Shown: piece by piece, positions 31,714 to 41,421 of the stretch
Layout: each line of letters opens with the position of its first letter
Numbering within the stretch: the first letter of the stretch is position 1
Source of the DNA: Candidatus Brocadiia bacterium
GTDB taxonomy: Bacteria > Planctomycetota > Brocadiia > SM23-32
Reading direction: 5' to 3'
Assembly: GCA_046538485.1 (NCBI GenBank)
Contig: JBKHIT010000026.1
Coordinates: forward strand, 1 to 61,583
Length of the DNA: 61,583 nt
The notes under the pieces: generated by a model
What the model was told of the DNA's origin: nothing
Database searches by the model: none
What the model saw: only the letters and a program-made list of their open reading frames with translations
Position numbers and translations under genes: made by a program

Positions 31714-33486
31714 ATGAGTTTAACATCCGCCAATACCGATTTTGCGGTGCCGGATCGAGGTATCAGAAGGCCGACGATCGGCTTCTCGCGGTGGTTGGAA
31801 TATGTTCTGGCGGGAGGATTGTCACTGTTGTTTATGGTCGGTGTGCTGGTTGAGTCTTACCATGAAGGAGTTTTCAACAACCAGCTTAACGCAATGTGTG
31901 CTCTGACGTTCGCAGCAATAGCGTTTACGATTTTGTTCGTGGATCGACCTGAGACAAAGATCGGTTTGGTGGTCCGAACCGCACTGGGACTGGCGGCGCT
32001 CACGGCTCTGGGCTGGGCAGGCGCGGTCTGGATACCCCGCTCGGTGATTCTCATTGGACGGCCTCACATCGTTGTTCGACTCCTGGTCTATGTTGCCTTT
32101 GCCTCGTTGGGTTTCTGGGCATGGGCATGCTGGTTGTGGTTGTATGGAATGACCGCTATGAACCGTGCGATCGAAGGACCGGGCGGAAAACCAGGCGGGA
32201 GAGAGAAACATGCAGGACGAGAAGCTTTTGATCGGATAAAAAAAACAGTAAGAAGAGTTGATGTTGAGAAAGAGCTGGAGTCGGGGCTACCGGATACGCA
32301 ACCGACAGCAGATCTCCAAGATGTTGCATTTGCGGTGCTGGATCCTTTTTTCCTTATGCCTAAAGCCAGACGTTGGAACCAGTGTCGGGAATTGCTCTCT
32401 AAGCTCGGACATCGCGTGATTGATGCCAGTAATCCGGTGGCGGGGGATGATTATGATCAGCATCGCATGGCCGGTTTAAAATCGTTGGTGCCAGCGCTCT
32501 TTTTTTTGGTAATGCTTGCCGGTGCCCTCCAGCTGCGTGGATGCCGTCACGAAACACCGAAAGGTATACTCAAAGGGACCGGAAAGCGAATTGCCAAAGG
32601 GCGTGTTCCTGTCCAGCGGAAACAACAGAAGAAGAAGCGCAAAAAGCAGAAACAAAAAAAGAAACGCAAAAAGCGTGAGAAAGTTCGTCGGGAATCGGTG
32701 TTCAAACTGTTCAAACAGGAAATGCAAACGGCGCAGGAATCGCTTGAATATTCCGAAGCGAGTATTACGGAAGATGCCGGTTTGCCTTCCGGTGAAGGAA
32801 AAGGGCAAACCGCTGCCGGCTCACCGAGAGGAACCAAAATTGGAGGGAAATATTATTTCTACCGCGTGAAATATAGGGGAGGAAATTGGGATGCAAACCG
32901 GCGTGGTATCCCGGCATTGATGCGCCACTTTACGAAGGTGGTTAATGTCAAGACGAATAAATTTGACCAGCCGATAAAGTTGTCCAATTTGCCCAAACAC
33001 AGCGGTAAATATAAGCCGGTCCTCCTTTATATGACGGGCAACGGGCGAATCGGTGTGAGCCAACAGGAGATCAAGAATCTGCGGAACTATCTGGAAAACG
33101 GTGGTTTTCTTTTCGCAGATAGCTCCGGAGGAAATTTCTATGACCATTTTTTTGGTTTAATGCGTCGCGTTTTTCCGGGGAAGAGTTTCCGCACGATCGC
33201 ATACGATCATATCATCTTTCGAGGTGCGTATATGCCTTATTCGTTGCCACAGGGGTGCCCGATTTACCGAGAACATCGTGGTGCTGGGCCGGCGAAAGGC
33301 CTGTTTATGAACGATCGACTGGCTGTTTTTTACAGCGGAGGCGATCTCGGTGCGGCCTGGGCAACGGTTGGCTGGGGCCGAAACGCGATAAGAACCGTTG
33401 AGCTGGCCTTTCGCATGGGGTGTAACATTATCAGTTATGCGTTTATATACGGCGGAGAGATTGAGGAAGGAAAAGAAGAATCATGA
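31714..33486 (+). CDS. Membrane-anchored DUF4159-domain protein with a Lys-rich linker
   Basis: About five hydrophobic helices, a QRKQQKKKRKKQKQKKKRKKR linker, then DUF4159-like motifs (GGNWD, PVLLYMTG, LRNYLENGGFLFAD, DLGAAW, AFRMGCNIISYA). Confidence 0.8.
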   Translation: MSLTSANTDFAVPDRGIRRPTIGFSRWLEYVLAGGLSLLFMVGVLVESYHEGVFNNQLNAMCALTFAAIAFTILFVDRPETKIGLVVRTALGLAALTALGWAGAVWIPRSVILIGRPHIVVRLLVYVAFASLGFWAWACWLWLYGMTAMNRAIEGPGGKPGGREKHAGREAFDRIKKTVRRVDVEKELESGLPDTQPTADLQDVAFAVLDPFFLMPKARRWNQCRELLSKLGHRVIDASNPVAGDDYDQHRMAGLKSLVPALFFLVMLAGALQLRGCRHETPKGILKGTGKRIAKGRVPVQRKQQKKKRKKQKQKKKRKKREKVRRESVFKLFKQEMQTAQESLEYSEASITEDAGLPSGEGKGQTAAGSPRGTKIGGKYYFYRVKYRGGNWDANRRGIPALMRHFTKVVNVKTNKFDQPIKLSNLPKHSGKYKPVLLYMTGNGRIGVSQQEIKNLRNYLENGGFLFADSSGGNFYDHFFGLMRRVFPGKSFRTIAYDHIIFRGAYMPYSLPQGCPIYREHRGAGPAKGLFMNDRLAVFYSGGDLGAAWATVGWGRNAIRTVELAFRMGCNIISYAFIYGGEIEEGKEES

Positions 33487-35216
33487 GCAACTATAAAACT
33501 AAAATCGGGCCGTTCGGTATAAAAATGTCTGTTTTGTTTGTTGCCGTACTGTTCTGCTTTTCGAGAGCTGGTGTCCTGGGAGCGGAAAGTGCGGATAGGA
33601 TGTTCGAACGGGGGGAAAGACTGGCCAGAAATAAAGAATACAGTGCGGCCATTCAGGCGATGCTTGATTTTCAGACGAAACATCCTGACGACAAACGCGT
33701 GCCGCAGGCGCAGTTTCTGGTCGGGCGCTACCAGCAGCAACGAAATTACCTCAATACAGCTGTTAAAGAATACGAAATGCTTTTTGAGGATTTCCCCGAG
33801 ACAAAATACGCTGGCAGAGCGCATTGGCATATGGCGGACATTTACGTCCACAAGGAACAATTTGAAAAGGCGGCGGAGGTGCTGGAAGAGCTGGCAGAAG
33901 ATTTTAAGGGGAGCTACGAAGCGTTTCACGGATTGCGTAAGCTCGGGGAAGTGTGTTTGAAAATGAAGAACAAAGAGAAAGCCGAGGAGGCTTTTAAGCG
34001 AATGATTGGTTACAACGCGGTCGAAATGATGGAAAATAACTCAAAAACGATCGCAAACCAGATCGATCAGGATATTCATCGCGGCGTATTATTTGTGGCT
34101 GAACGGGCAATAAAAGAAAAGAACTATGAAACAGCACGGTACGCTTACTCGCGACTGGCCGATAAATGGGAAAAAGTGCGTCTGCTGATTGACTTGCTCT
34201 ACCGGCAGGATAAGCTCGGCGAAATTCACGATTTAATCCGTGAAATGGAGGATAAAGATTACTGGAAAGCTCAAAACATCCTCTTTGAATTTTACGTCCG
34301 GCGCGAATCAATGCGAGGGTTGCGGAATCTTATCCGGGTTCTGACCAACAAATATGAGAAGAATGAAAACCTGACGGAACTTTTCAAACAGGTTCCAAAG
34401 TCCATCAGGAAATTTTCTGAAGAAGATAAAAGGACGGTCTATGATTTGATTGCAACACGATATCGCCCGTTGCGAAGGATGTTCGAATTCGAGGTTTGCA
34501 AACTCGAATCGGTTCGCCGTCAAGAACCCGGGACACTGAAACGTTTTATACTGACCTATAACAAAGGAAAAGATGTCGAACAGTGTAAGCGCTGGCGCGC
34601 CATTTATCTTGAGCTGCATAAAAAGAGAAAAGAAGCCATTGAACAATATTGGGATATGGAAAATAAAGAAGAGGCGCATTTCTATGTGGCAGAAAGTTAC
34701 CACGGAGAATTTGCCCGGCGCGCCAATAACGTCGATCGAGCAGCGGCAATTGTCGAATATATGAAGATACGTAAGCATTTTTACTCCACCGAAGCCACCT
34801 GCAGAGCATACTGGCAGATCGGCCAGCTATATGCGGACGGCGGCAACAAGAAAAAAGCGGTGGAAACACTCGAAGAATTGGAAAAACGTTTTGTCGGACA
34901 GCCCAACTGGCAAGTGCGTGCTCGATTCCAAATCGCTGAGTGGTACAGACATTGGAAAAAATATGAAGATGCCATCCAAAACTACAGAAGGGTTGCCAAA
35001 CAGTACCCCAATACTCACCAACAAAGACGTGCGATTTACAATATTGGTCTGTGCTGGGAGCAATTGGGAGAGAAAGAAATGGCGGTTCGTTCGTTCCTGG
35101 AATGCATCCGGCGCTTCGAAAAGACGAGGGTGCAGTCGGAAGCTCACAGCCGGCTTGAAGTAAAATACAAAGTCCCCGATCTACAGATACGGGATATGGC
35201 GAAAGACAAAGATTGA
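33483..35216 (+). CDS. Secreted TPR protein
   Basis: Signal peptide and TPR motifs (HPDDKRVPQAQF, FPETKYAGRAHW, YPNTHQQRRAIYNIG); start overlaps the previous stop (ATGA). Confidence 0.85.
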   Translation: MSNYKTKIGPFGIKMSVLFVAVLFCFSRAGVLGAESADRMFERGERLARNKEYSAAIQAMLDFQTKHPDDKRVPQAQFLVGRYQQQRNYLNTAVKEYEMLFEDFPETKYAGRAHWHMADIYVHKEQFEKAAEVLEELAEDFKGSYEAFHGLRKLGEVCLKMKNKEKAEEAFKRMIGYNAVEMMENNSKTIANQIDQDIHRGVLFVAERAIKEKNYETARYAYSRLADKWEKVRLLIDLLYRQDKLGEIHDLIREMEDKDYWKAQNILFEFYVRRESMRGLRNLIRVLTNKYEKNENLTELFKQVPKSIRKFSEEDKRTVYDLIATRYRPLRRMFEFEVCKLESVRRQEPGTLKRFILTYNKGKDVEQCKRWRAIYLELHKKRKEAIEQYWDMENKEEAHFYVAESYHGEFARRANNVDRAAAIVEYMKIRKHFYSTEATCRAYWQIGQLYADGGNKKKAVETLEELEKRFVGQPNWQVRARFQIAEWYRHWKKYEDAIQNYRRVAKQYPNTHQQRRAIYNIGLCWEQLGEKEMAVRSFLECIRRFEKTRVQSEAHSRLEVKYKVPDLQIRDMAKDKD

Positions 35217-35227
35217 CGGAGGTACAG

Positions 35228-35956
35228 ATGCTGGAATTTTTGAAAGATGGCGGTCCGTTTATGATCCCGCTCGGAATATGCGCCGTGCTCGCCGTGGCGG
35301 TTCTGATCGAAAGGGCTCTTGTTCTCAAGGAAGTAAAAGCTTTCGTTGGCCCGTTCTTGGACAAATTCGATGATTTGGTCCAGAGCGGGAAACTCGCGGA
35401 AGCTCAAAATTTGTGCGAGAAGCATCGCCATCCCGTCTCAAGAATGCTCAAGGCGGGTCTTGTCCGCTACCAGGAAGTGCGTCAGGAAGAAAATGTGGGT
35501 TTTATACATGAACAAATCGATGATGCGGTTTCAGACGCGGGCTCTCACGCAATATCACTGCTGGAGAAAAGACTCGATTGGCTTGCTATTATCAGTAATC
35601 TCGGACCGCTCCTGGGTTTTACCGGTACCGTTACGGGTATGATCGTGGCCTTTGGGGCCATTGCCAGTGCTGCTACCGTTGATGTCAGCAAAGTAGCGGG
35701 GGGAATCTCACAGGCCCTTAACACCACGGCAAGTGGACTGGTCATAGGTATCATAGCTACCGTGGCATACAATTACTATACAAGCCGTATAGAGGATTTT
35801 ATTGAACAACTGGAAGAAGCATCCAACCGTATGCTGGCTCATATCGTCAGAGAACTTATCCACGTTCGATACGGTGAAGAAGAGAAAAAAACGTCGGGCC
35901 AAAAACCCAAACCGAAACCTCCTAAACCGCCGATACCAGGGGGAGAAAGCTCATAA
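35228..35956 (+). CDS. exbB: MotA/TolQ/ExbB proton-channel protein
   Basis: GGPFMIPL, GPLLGFTGTVTGMI and GGISQALNTTASGL motifs; ATG behind GGAGG (ORF track starts 35213); Pro/Lys tail. Confidence 0.93.
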   Translation: MLEFLKDGGPFMIPLGICAVLAVAVLIERALVLKEVKAFVGPFLDKFDDLVQSGKLAEAQNLCEKHRHPVSRMLKAGLVRYQEVRQEENVGFIHEQIDDAVSDAGSHAISLLEKRLDWLAIISNLGPLLGFTGTVTGMIVAFGAIASAATVDVSKVAGGISQALNTTASGLVIGIIATVAYNYYTSRIEDFIEQLEEASNRMLAHIVRELIHVRYGEEEKKTSGQKPKPKPPKPPIPGGESS

Positions 35957-36363
35957 TGAAGTTGAGCAGTTCGCATTCAATCGAAGCCGGAAAGTTCTCC
36001 ATGGCGGCTATGACGGATATAGCGTTCCTGCTTATCATTTTCTTTATGGTGTGCGCTAAGTTTGTGGAAAAAAATGACATCAACGTCAGACTGCCCGAAA
36101 GCCGAACCGGTCAACATGCGACGGAAGTCCCCATCACGGTAACTGTCAACGAGAAAGGCCTCTTTTTTGTCAAGGGGGTGCAAATTCAGCGTGATCAATT
36201 GCTTGCTGAACTAAAAGGCCAACTGCGTGCAGCGAAAAGTGCCGACGAAAAAACGATAATTGTGCGGGCAGCCCGTTCCCTGGATTACGGCCAGATACGC
36301 CCCGCCGTCGACGCCGTCGATAGAGCAGGCGGGATGCTGGAACTTGCTGTTCTCGAACGATAA
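35956..36363 (+). CDS. exbD: ExbD/TolR family protein (copy 2)
   Basis: MAAMTDIAFLLIIFFMV, VRLP, IIVRA, YGQI; translationally coupled to exbB. Confidence 0.92.
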   Translation: MKLSSSHSIEAGKFSMAAMTDIAFLLIIFFMVCAKFVEKNDINVRLPESRTGQHATEVPITVTVNEKGLFFVKGVQIQRDQLLAELKGQLRAAKSADEKTIIVRAARSLDYGQIRPAVDAVDRAGGMLELAVLER

Positions 36364-36372
36364 GGAGGAAGG

Positions 36373-36810
36373 ATGTCCCAGATGAACAACAGTGGTGATG
36401 CACAGGTGGAAGGAGGCACCGGGCGTTTCTTGCTCATAGCAATAAGCGTTACGATTGCTTTTGGAGCACTCGTTCTCGCCCTTTCCCCAAGTCTCTACCT
36501 GCCTTCGATGAGAGATACTCCAAATGCGTGGATGCAGAAAGCACAAAAACACGTTGAGAAAAAAGAATACCAGCAAGCTATCTCAGCTTTTCAAAAAGTT
36601 CTTGACAAAGAGCCTCCCCGGAAATCTGTTTTTGTAAAGGCAGAAGGGAAAATAAAGAACCTCAAAGAAATCTTGAAACACGAACAAACGGGTGAGTCTG
36701 AAACCGGGGGGGGAAGCGAAACCCCTGAAACAGATAAAGAAGAAAACGAGTCCGAAAAGGAGGATGACGAGGATTCGGATGAAGTGCCTCGAGATCTGCA
36801 ACTCGATTGA
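36373..36810 (+). CDS. Small single-TM TPR protein with an acidic tail
   Basis: AGGAGG RBS, one TM helix, one TPR (EYQQAISAFQKVL) and a D/E-rich C-terminus. Confidence 0.75.
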   Translation: MSQMNNSGDAQVEGGTGRFLLIAISVTIAFGALVLALSPSLYLPSMRDTPNAWMQKAQKHVEKKEYQQAISAFQKVLDKEPPRKSVFVKAEGKIKNLKEILKHEQTGESETGGGSETPETDKEENESEKEDDEDSDEVPRDLQLD

Positions 36811-36908
36811 TGGCGGTTGCTATCTGGGTTTCGCGTAAAAGTACCGGGGTTTTACGGGGGAATTGAAGCCGGTATTTATTGTCAAATAATCTGTTCTTTG
36901 GGCAGGCC

Positions 36909-38492
36909 TCAAAGACTTGCGTTTTCGGCCTCGAAGAAAAAGCCTACGACCTCTTGTGAATAGGGATGGACCGCCAGAGCAAAAGCACCATAGCTGTGGG
37001 CGTCAATCTGAGAATACCTGCCCCTTTCCCACGACCTATCCATTCCCGTAACCTGAATGTAGACGGATGAGGGGGAAATCTGTTTGACCGATTGGGCGGG
37101 CCCGTAGCGGTGCGTAAATTCGCTGAGAGCTTTGCCCGTCAGTCGAAATACCAGCAAAGATTTGTCGCTCAGATCGGTTTGCTCTTTTTCCTGAAGGACA
37201 GACGCGGGAATAAGATTCCTGTCCATCATCATCAGCTCCCCAACCTGATGCCAATCTTTGCCTTGAGAGAGGACAATTCCTGAAGAGTGGGCGATTCGTG
37301 GATACAGCCAAGAATCTGACTCTTTCCAGCTTTCTGTACGGTGGCCGGTGATATAGGAAATCTCCAGAGAACCGGCCCGAATCCCGGCATAAGCGACCCG
37401 GCCAAATGCCAGCACGCTAAGTTCGCCATCTCTTTCGGCGACCAAAACACGCGCCGCCGGATGAAGATCTTTTTGAGCCGCCACAACCTGGAAGCAGCGA
37501 ACTCTCTCAAAATCGTTACGATTGAAGGCCTTCTGTGTTTTTTCCCTTTGCCCTGTTTCAGAAGGAGCCGATGCATGGGTCAATACAGTGACGTCTGAAC
37601 TTTCTTTGCCCGGGTCGCTGTGGTAGCAAAATGTTTCGCCGTCGACAGCCCTGAAAATATGGACAGGGATTTCCGAAACGGATATTGTCCTTCTTCTGGA
37701 AGCGGCTTCCTGGAGTCGCGTGCGGGCATCAGCGGCGTAAGCGTCGAGTCGCCCGTCCGCGTAGAACGTGCCAAGTTTCTCCCGGAAAGCCTGCCGGTCG
37801 ATTCCACGAATGTCATCAACGCGTTTGGCGTAAAGGGAGAGCCATTTTTCTACGAACGCACGGGGTGTGTCCGGTTTCTCAATCGGGCCGGATTGAGTAA
37901 TGCGCGGAGCCTTGGGTTTTGAGCGCCTTTGGGATGTTTCTTCGCCTTCTCCCTGCCCAAACATTACAACCAGGAGAATTGCGAGTCCAGCGACACCTGC
38001 TACCGCCAGAGCAATGAAGGTGCCGGTGTTGGATTTTTTCGGTTGAAACTGTTTTGTCTGTGACGCTGCGCCGCCGGCTCGTCGTCGAGCTTTTGACAGT
38101 GCAGAGGAACGCGAGGATTCTTTCGAGGAGCCACTGACCTGACGGGATAGAAAAGGCGCCAGGTCGGATATGTCGGCCGCTTCTTTCCATTCCCCTGCCC
38201 CCGGATCATACAGCTTGTCGCTGGCTTTGATCTGGCCTGCTTTGGCGCGGCTTTTGATCTGTTGAAACTCGAAAGGACCAACGCTCTGCCCGGCTTCACT
38301 CACATACCATTTGCCCGGTGCGGAAGACTTTTTGGGTTCCTTTTGAGCTGGCGTGATTTTTTCAGCGAGGTCCGGAGCGTCAGGAATTTTAATTGCGTTT
38401 CCGCACTGACATTTTGCCATCTGACCGGCAAGAGATGCAGGGACAGAAAATTCTTCGCCACAGGAATCGCATTTTACCTGAATCGTCTTCAT
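36909..38492 (-). CDS. Zn-ribbon + GYF_2 domain bitopic membrane protein
   Basis: MKTIQVKCDSCG...KCQCG zinc ribbon; WYV...VGPF...W..A GYF_2 motif; TM helix FIALAVAGVAGLAILLVVMF. Start moved from 38723 to ATG 38492. Confidence 0.75.
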   Translation of the reverse strand: MKTIQVKCDSCGEEFSVPASLAGQMAKCQCGNAIKIPDAPDLAEKITPAQKEPKKSSAPGKWYVSEAGQSVGPFEFQQIKSRAKAGQIKASDKLYDPGAGEWKEAADISDLAPFLSRQVSGSSKESSRSSALSKARRRAGGAASQTKQFQPKKSNTGTFIALAVAGVAGLAILLVVMFGQGEGEETSQRRSKPKAPRITQSGPIEKPDTPRAFVEKWLSLYAKRVDDIRGIDRQAFREKLGTFYADGRLDAYAADARTRLQEAASRRRTISVSEIPVHIFRAVDGETFCYHSDPGKESSDVTVLTHASAPSETGQREKTQKAFNRNDFERVRCFQVVAAQKDLHPAARVLVAERDGELSVLAFGRVAYAGIRAGSLEISYITGHRTESWKESDSWLYPRIAHSSGIVLSQGKDWHQVGELMMMDRNLIPASVLQEKEQTDLSDKSLLVFRLTGKALSEFTHRYGPAQSVKQISPSSVYIQVTGMDRSWERGRYSQIDAHSYGAFALAVHPYSQEVVGFFFEAENASL

Positions 38493-38752
38493 CCTCAATC
38501 CAGCCTGTCTGAAATGTCGAATTGGGACAATATGATCGTCAAATCTGCCTGCTTTTATGATAACCCATTGTCCGCCTGAACTCAATAGTTGGAACGCAGG
38601 AAGGAATTTGCGATGTGGGTCGTTGCGGATGCTGGTAGCCGTACATTTCCCGAAAATTATGCTGCCTGTTCCCATCGCACCGAGCGCAAAATGTCTGGTC
38701 TCAATCATTCTGTAAGCCTGCAATCCCGCTTCTCGACCGCGTATCCTGCAGA

Positions 38753-38947
38753 CTCGAGTTCAGCTGAGCCCGCTACGGCGGGCGAAACTGGACTTGAGGT
38801 GGACAAATGCCGGAAAATGCCAGGTAGCTATAGGTCCGCATCGCCGAGACGGAATCTGCCGTTCGTTGTTGGTCTTTGTGCTGCGGGGCCCGCAGGTTTC
38901 TGCACCGCGTTCTGAACTCCAGCCTCCGGCTGAAGTCCAGTCCGCTC
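38753..38947. repeat. Composite palindromic repeat cluster (BIME/REP-like)
   Basis: Hairpin with a C(TACG)G loop at 38753-38798; REP-like TAGGTCCGCATCGCCGAGACGGAATCTGCCGT at ~38831-38862; CCGCGTTCTGAACTCCAGC...GCTGAAGTCCAG element at 38902-38947. The latter two occur in the same order in the reverse complement of 45916-46095. Confidence 0.75.
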
Positions 38948-39347
38948 GCGGGGGCCAATGGGGTAAAAAAATGGTTCGTTAGGCTATGCGGTCTTGCGTA
39001 AGTTGCCTGAGGTTCTACGGCAGAAAATAGCACTGACCACACCCGGGGCGGATAAACATCCCTGCCGGCACTTTATTTTGTCCATATCAAGATCAGCGTT
39101 ACCAGCACAGGTCTGTTGTCGAGAGCTTTCTCCGTGCATTGAAGCAGGTTGTGTGCCCGATTCTTTGATTAGCAAAAGCGCAGCTATAATTAGACTTCTG
39201 CTACGGGCAAAGGGAAATAAATGTGGGCGAGTGCTACACAACAAGCCGACCACGCGTTTCATGATATTTTCTAACCCCTGTCTGAGACAGCGGATACAAA
39301 AGGACGATCCAGATATGGCAACGCCTGAGACCGTACCAAAAAAGAGC

Positions 39348-39389
39348 TTGACTGCGCCAGCAAAGGCGTTATAATAGAAATGTGACATT
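39348..39389 (+). promoter_or_regulatory. Sigma70 promoter TTGACT-16-TATAAT with palindromic operator AATGT-G-ACATT
   Basis: TTGACT at 39348-39353, TATAAT at 39370-39375, and a perfect palindrome at 39379-39389 over the expected start site, upstream of the GntR gene. Confidence 0.65.
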
Positions 39390-39416
39390 AGACTTTAGCG
39401 AGGGGTTTGGAATTTT

Positions 39417-40517
39417 ATGGCGCTTGCACGGGTCAGTCGAAACACGTTGCGAGAACAGGTATATGAGTCCCTCAGGGATGAGATTGTTTCGGGGGGATGG
39501 GAAGTCGGCTCGCGTCTGCCTTCGATGAAGCAACTGGCGGACGTTTTTGGGACCTCCATTAACCCCGTTCAGATGGCTCTGGAGCGGTTGGAAGAGGAAG
39601 GGTACGTTGTGAAGAGTCACGGTTCGGGCACGTATGTGGCTGACCGTGAATCGACCGCGGGTGGGGCCAGCGTGGCGGTCTGTTTGAGGGCCCGCGCGCA
39701 CCTCGATTCCGAGTTGACCATGAACATGGCGCGTGAGTTGCATCGCGTCGGGACGTCACCGATCGTTGTTGACATCGATGAACCCGCCAGTGCGGACCTG
39801 ATGACGGAGCTGGCGCGATCGGGAGTGGAGATTTTCGTCCTGAAAGGCCATTCCCATTCGCAATTCGGGCTTTTGGAGAAGGATGTCTTTCAGGGCAAAA
39901 CGGTTGTCGCGGTGATTGAATGGGAAGGGCCAGAGCGGAAAGACCTCTACCGTGTGATGTCCGATCATGCAGCGGCGGGACGTCAGGTGGCTCGTTATCT
40001 GTGGGAAAGAGGGCACCGACGGGTTCTGCTCATCGCGCCCGGGATGGAGAAAATCATCCAGACGGCGGGTTCTTCCAGTCAGCGGACCGGTCAACTGAAA
40101 GCATTCTCGAGGGAATGGGGCCGACTGGGTGGCGAATGGGCCGCCATCAGGTCCGATGCGAGCGGCGTCCAGGAGGGAGAGCTGGTGGCTGTTGAGGAGG
40201 AAAAGCTTGTGAAGAAACTGAGCGGCGAGAACGCCTGTACCGCGATTTTCGGCTTCCGGGACGTGGAAGCCGCTGCTGCGCAGAGGGTGCTCCTTGAATA
40301 CGAGCCTGAGTTGCTCGACCGGGTGGAAATTATGGGATATTTTGACACCCCCTGGAGCCGAACGGCTCACCCGCCGATCACGACCGTGGAACTGCGCCTG
40401 GATGAAGTCGCCAGGAGGGCGGCGGAAATAATCGACAGGGTGACGAGATCGGAAGAGGTTGCTGAGCCACTTCAAATCGTCACTCCGACTATCCTTACAA
40501 GGGGGCAGGACCAATGA
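39417..40517 (+). CDS. GntR-HTH / LacI-type sugar-binding-domain regulator (AraR-like architecture)
   Basis: [13 protein letters not shown]...[15 protein letters not shown]...GSGTYV wHTH; C-terminal periplasmic-binding-protein-like domain (GHRRV, GYFDTP, PPITTV). Confidence 0.9.
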   Translation: MALARVSRNTLREQVYESLRDEIVSGGWEVGSRLPSMKQLADVFGTSINPVQMALERLEEEGYVVKSHGSGTYVADRESTAGGASVAVCLRARAHLDSELTMNMARELHRVGTSPIVVDIDEPASADLMTELARSGVEIFVLKGHSHSQFGLLEKDVFQGKTVVAVIEWEGPERKDLYRVMSDHAAAGRQVARYLWERGHRRVLLIAPGMEKIIQTAGSSSQRTGQLKAFSREWGRLGGEWAAIRSDASGVQEGELVAVEEEKLVKKLSGENACTAIFGFRDVEAAAAQRVLLEYEPELLDRVEIMGYFDTPWSRTAHPPITTVELRLDEVARRAAEIIDRVTRSEEVAEPLQIVTPTILTRGQDQ

Positions 40518-41395
40518 TGGGGATCCTGAGCGCTTTTCCAAACGGTACGCGGAGAGCTTTTACCCTTATTGAACTGCTGGTTGTCATCGCAATCATCGCG
40601 ATCCTCGCTGCGATGCTCATGCCGGCGCTGGAGAACGCTCGAGAAGCGGCGAGGCGTGTTGCATGTCTGAATAACGTGAAGCAACAGGGGACTGCGTATT
40701 ATTTCTACGCCAACGATAACGATTCTATACTCCCCTTTAAGGAAAGGAATGATTTTGGGAGAGGCCTGAAGGGGTCGATACGCAATAAGTTGTATGAATA
40801 TACGGGTAATACGTATGGCACATGGATCTGCCCTTCGTTCGGCCCTGACAGCGGAGCTGTCCACTCGTACCGTCTGGAGAACAAAAGCGACCGCCAACTC
40901 GCCGATGGAATGGGGGGGTATTATCCTACGCTTCCGGCATACCGATTGGGAAATGACGGTAAGAGGTACTGGCTTACTTATGCACATTGGACTTCTTTTA
41001 TGGATGGCTGGTGGAGTGGGACAGTGGCACGTGCATGGGCCGACTTCCGTCTATCCGACGGATCACGAGCCCCTTCCTCTGCTTTTTCCTGGCGGCCGCT
41101 CACGTCTGACCAACCTCGGCCCGCTCGGATTCACACCGTGGCTACACTCATCTGCGAATTCTATCCGGACGACCGTGTCGATAATTTCGGCCACCCACCG
41201 GGCGTAAGCTGGGCGAAACGTGGTGGCGTGGCTCGGCATGCCAAAAGTGGTTCCGTTAAACCAGCCGGGGGGAATCTACTGATGGTTGACGGTTCAGCAC
41301 ACTGGAGCACTAACCTTGCTCAGGCGGCTTCGCTCTGGCACGCTGCCTACTGGGCTGTGCCAGAAGATCCAGGCCCCAGAAATCCGGTTCGGTGA
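40514..41395 (+). CDS. Prepilin-type N-terminal cleavage/methylation protein (DUF1559-like)
   Basis: [30 protein letters not shown]...C.NN.KQ N-terminus; C-terminal RH...GGNLLMVDG. Confidence 0.92.
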   Translation: MMGILSAFPNGTRRAFTLIELLVVIAIIAILAAMLMPALENAREAARRVACLNNVKQQGTAYYFYANDNDSILPFKERNDFGRGLKGSIRNKLYEYTGNTYGTWICPSFGPDSGAVHSYRLENKSDRQLADGMGGYYPTLPAYRLGNDGKRYWLTYAHWTSFMDGWWSGTVARAWADFRLSDGSRAPSSAFSWRPLTSDQPRPARIHTVATLICEFYPDDRVDNFGHPPGVSWAKRGGVARHAKSGSVKPAGGNLLMVDGSAHWSTNLAQAASLWHAAYWAVPEDPGPRNPVR

Positions 41396-41421
41396 GGACC
41401 CATGCTGATTTTCAGAGCTGG

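Noticed and set aside
14567..36810. Canonical Tol-Pal, TonB-SusC or Zorya system
   Set aside because: No TolB propeller, Pal/OmpA domain, beta-barrel receptor or Zorya-type helicase/nuclease is recognisable, and the ExbDs lack an OmpA-like domain.
38493..38723. N-terminal extension of the 604-aa ORF
   Set aside because: The Zn-ribbon typically begins the protein, and ATG 38492 follows a GAGG sequence.
38984..39388. ORFs of 126-134 aa upstream of the GntR gene
   Set aside because: They overlap each other on opposite strands, have no motifs or clear RBS, and cover the promoter region.
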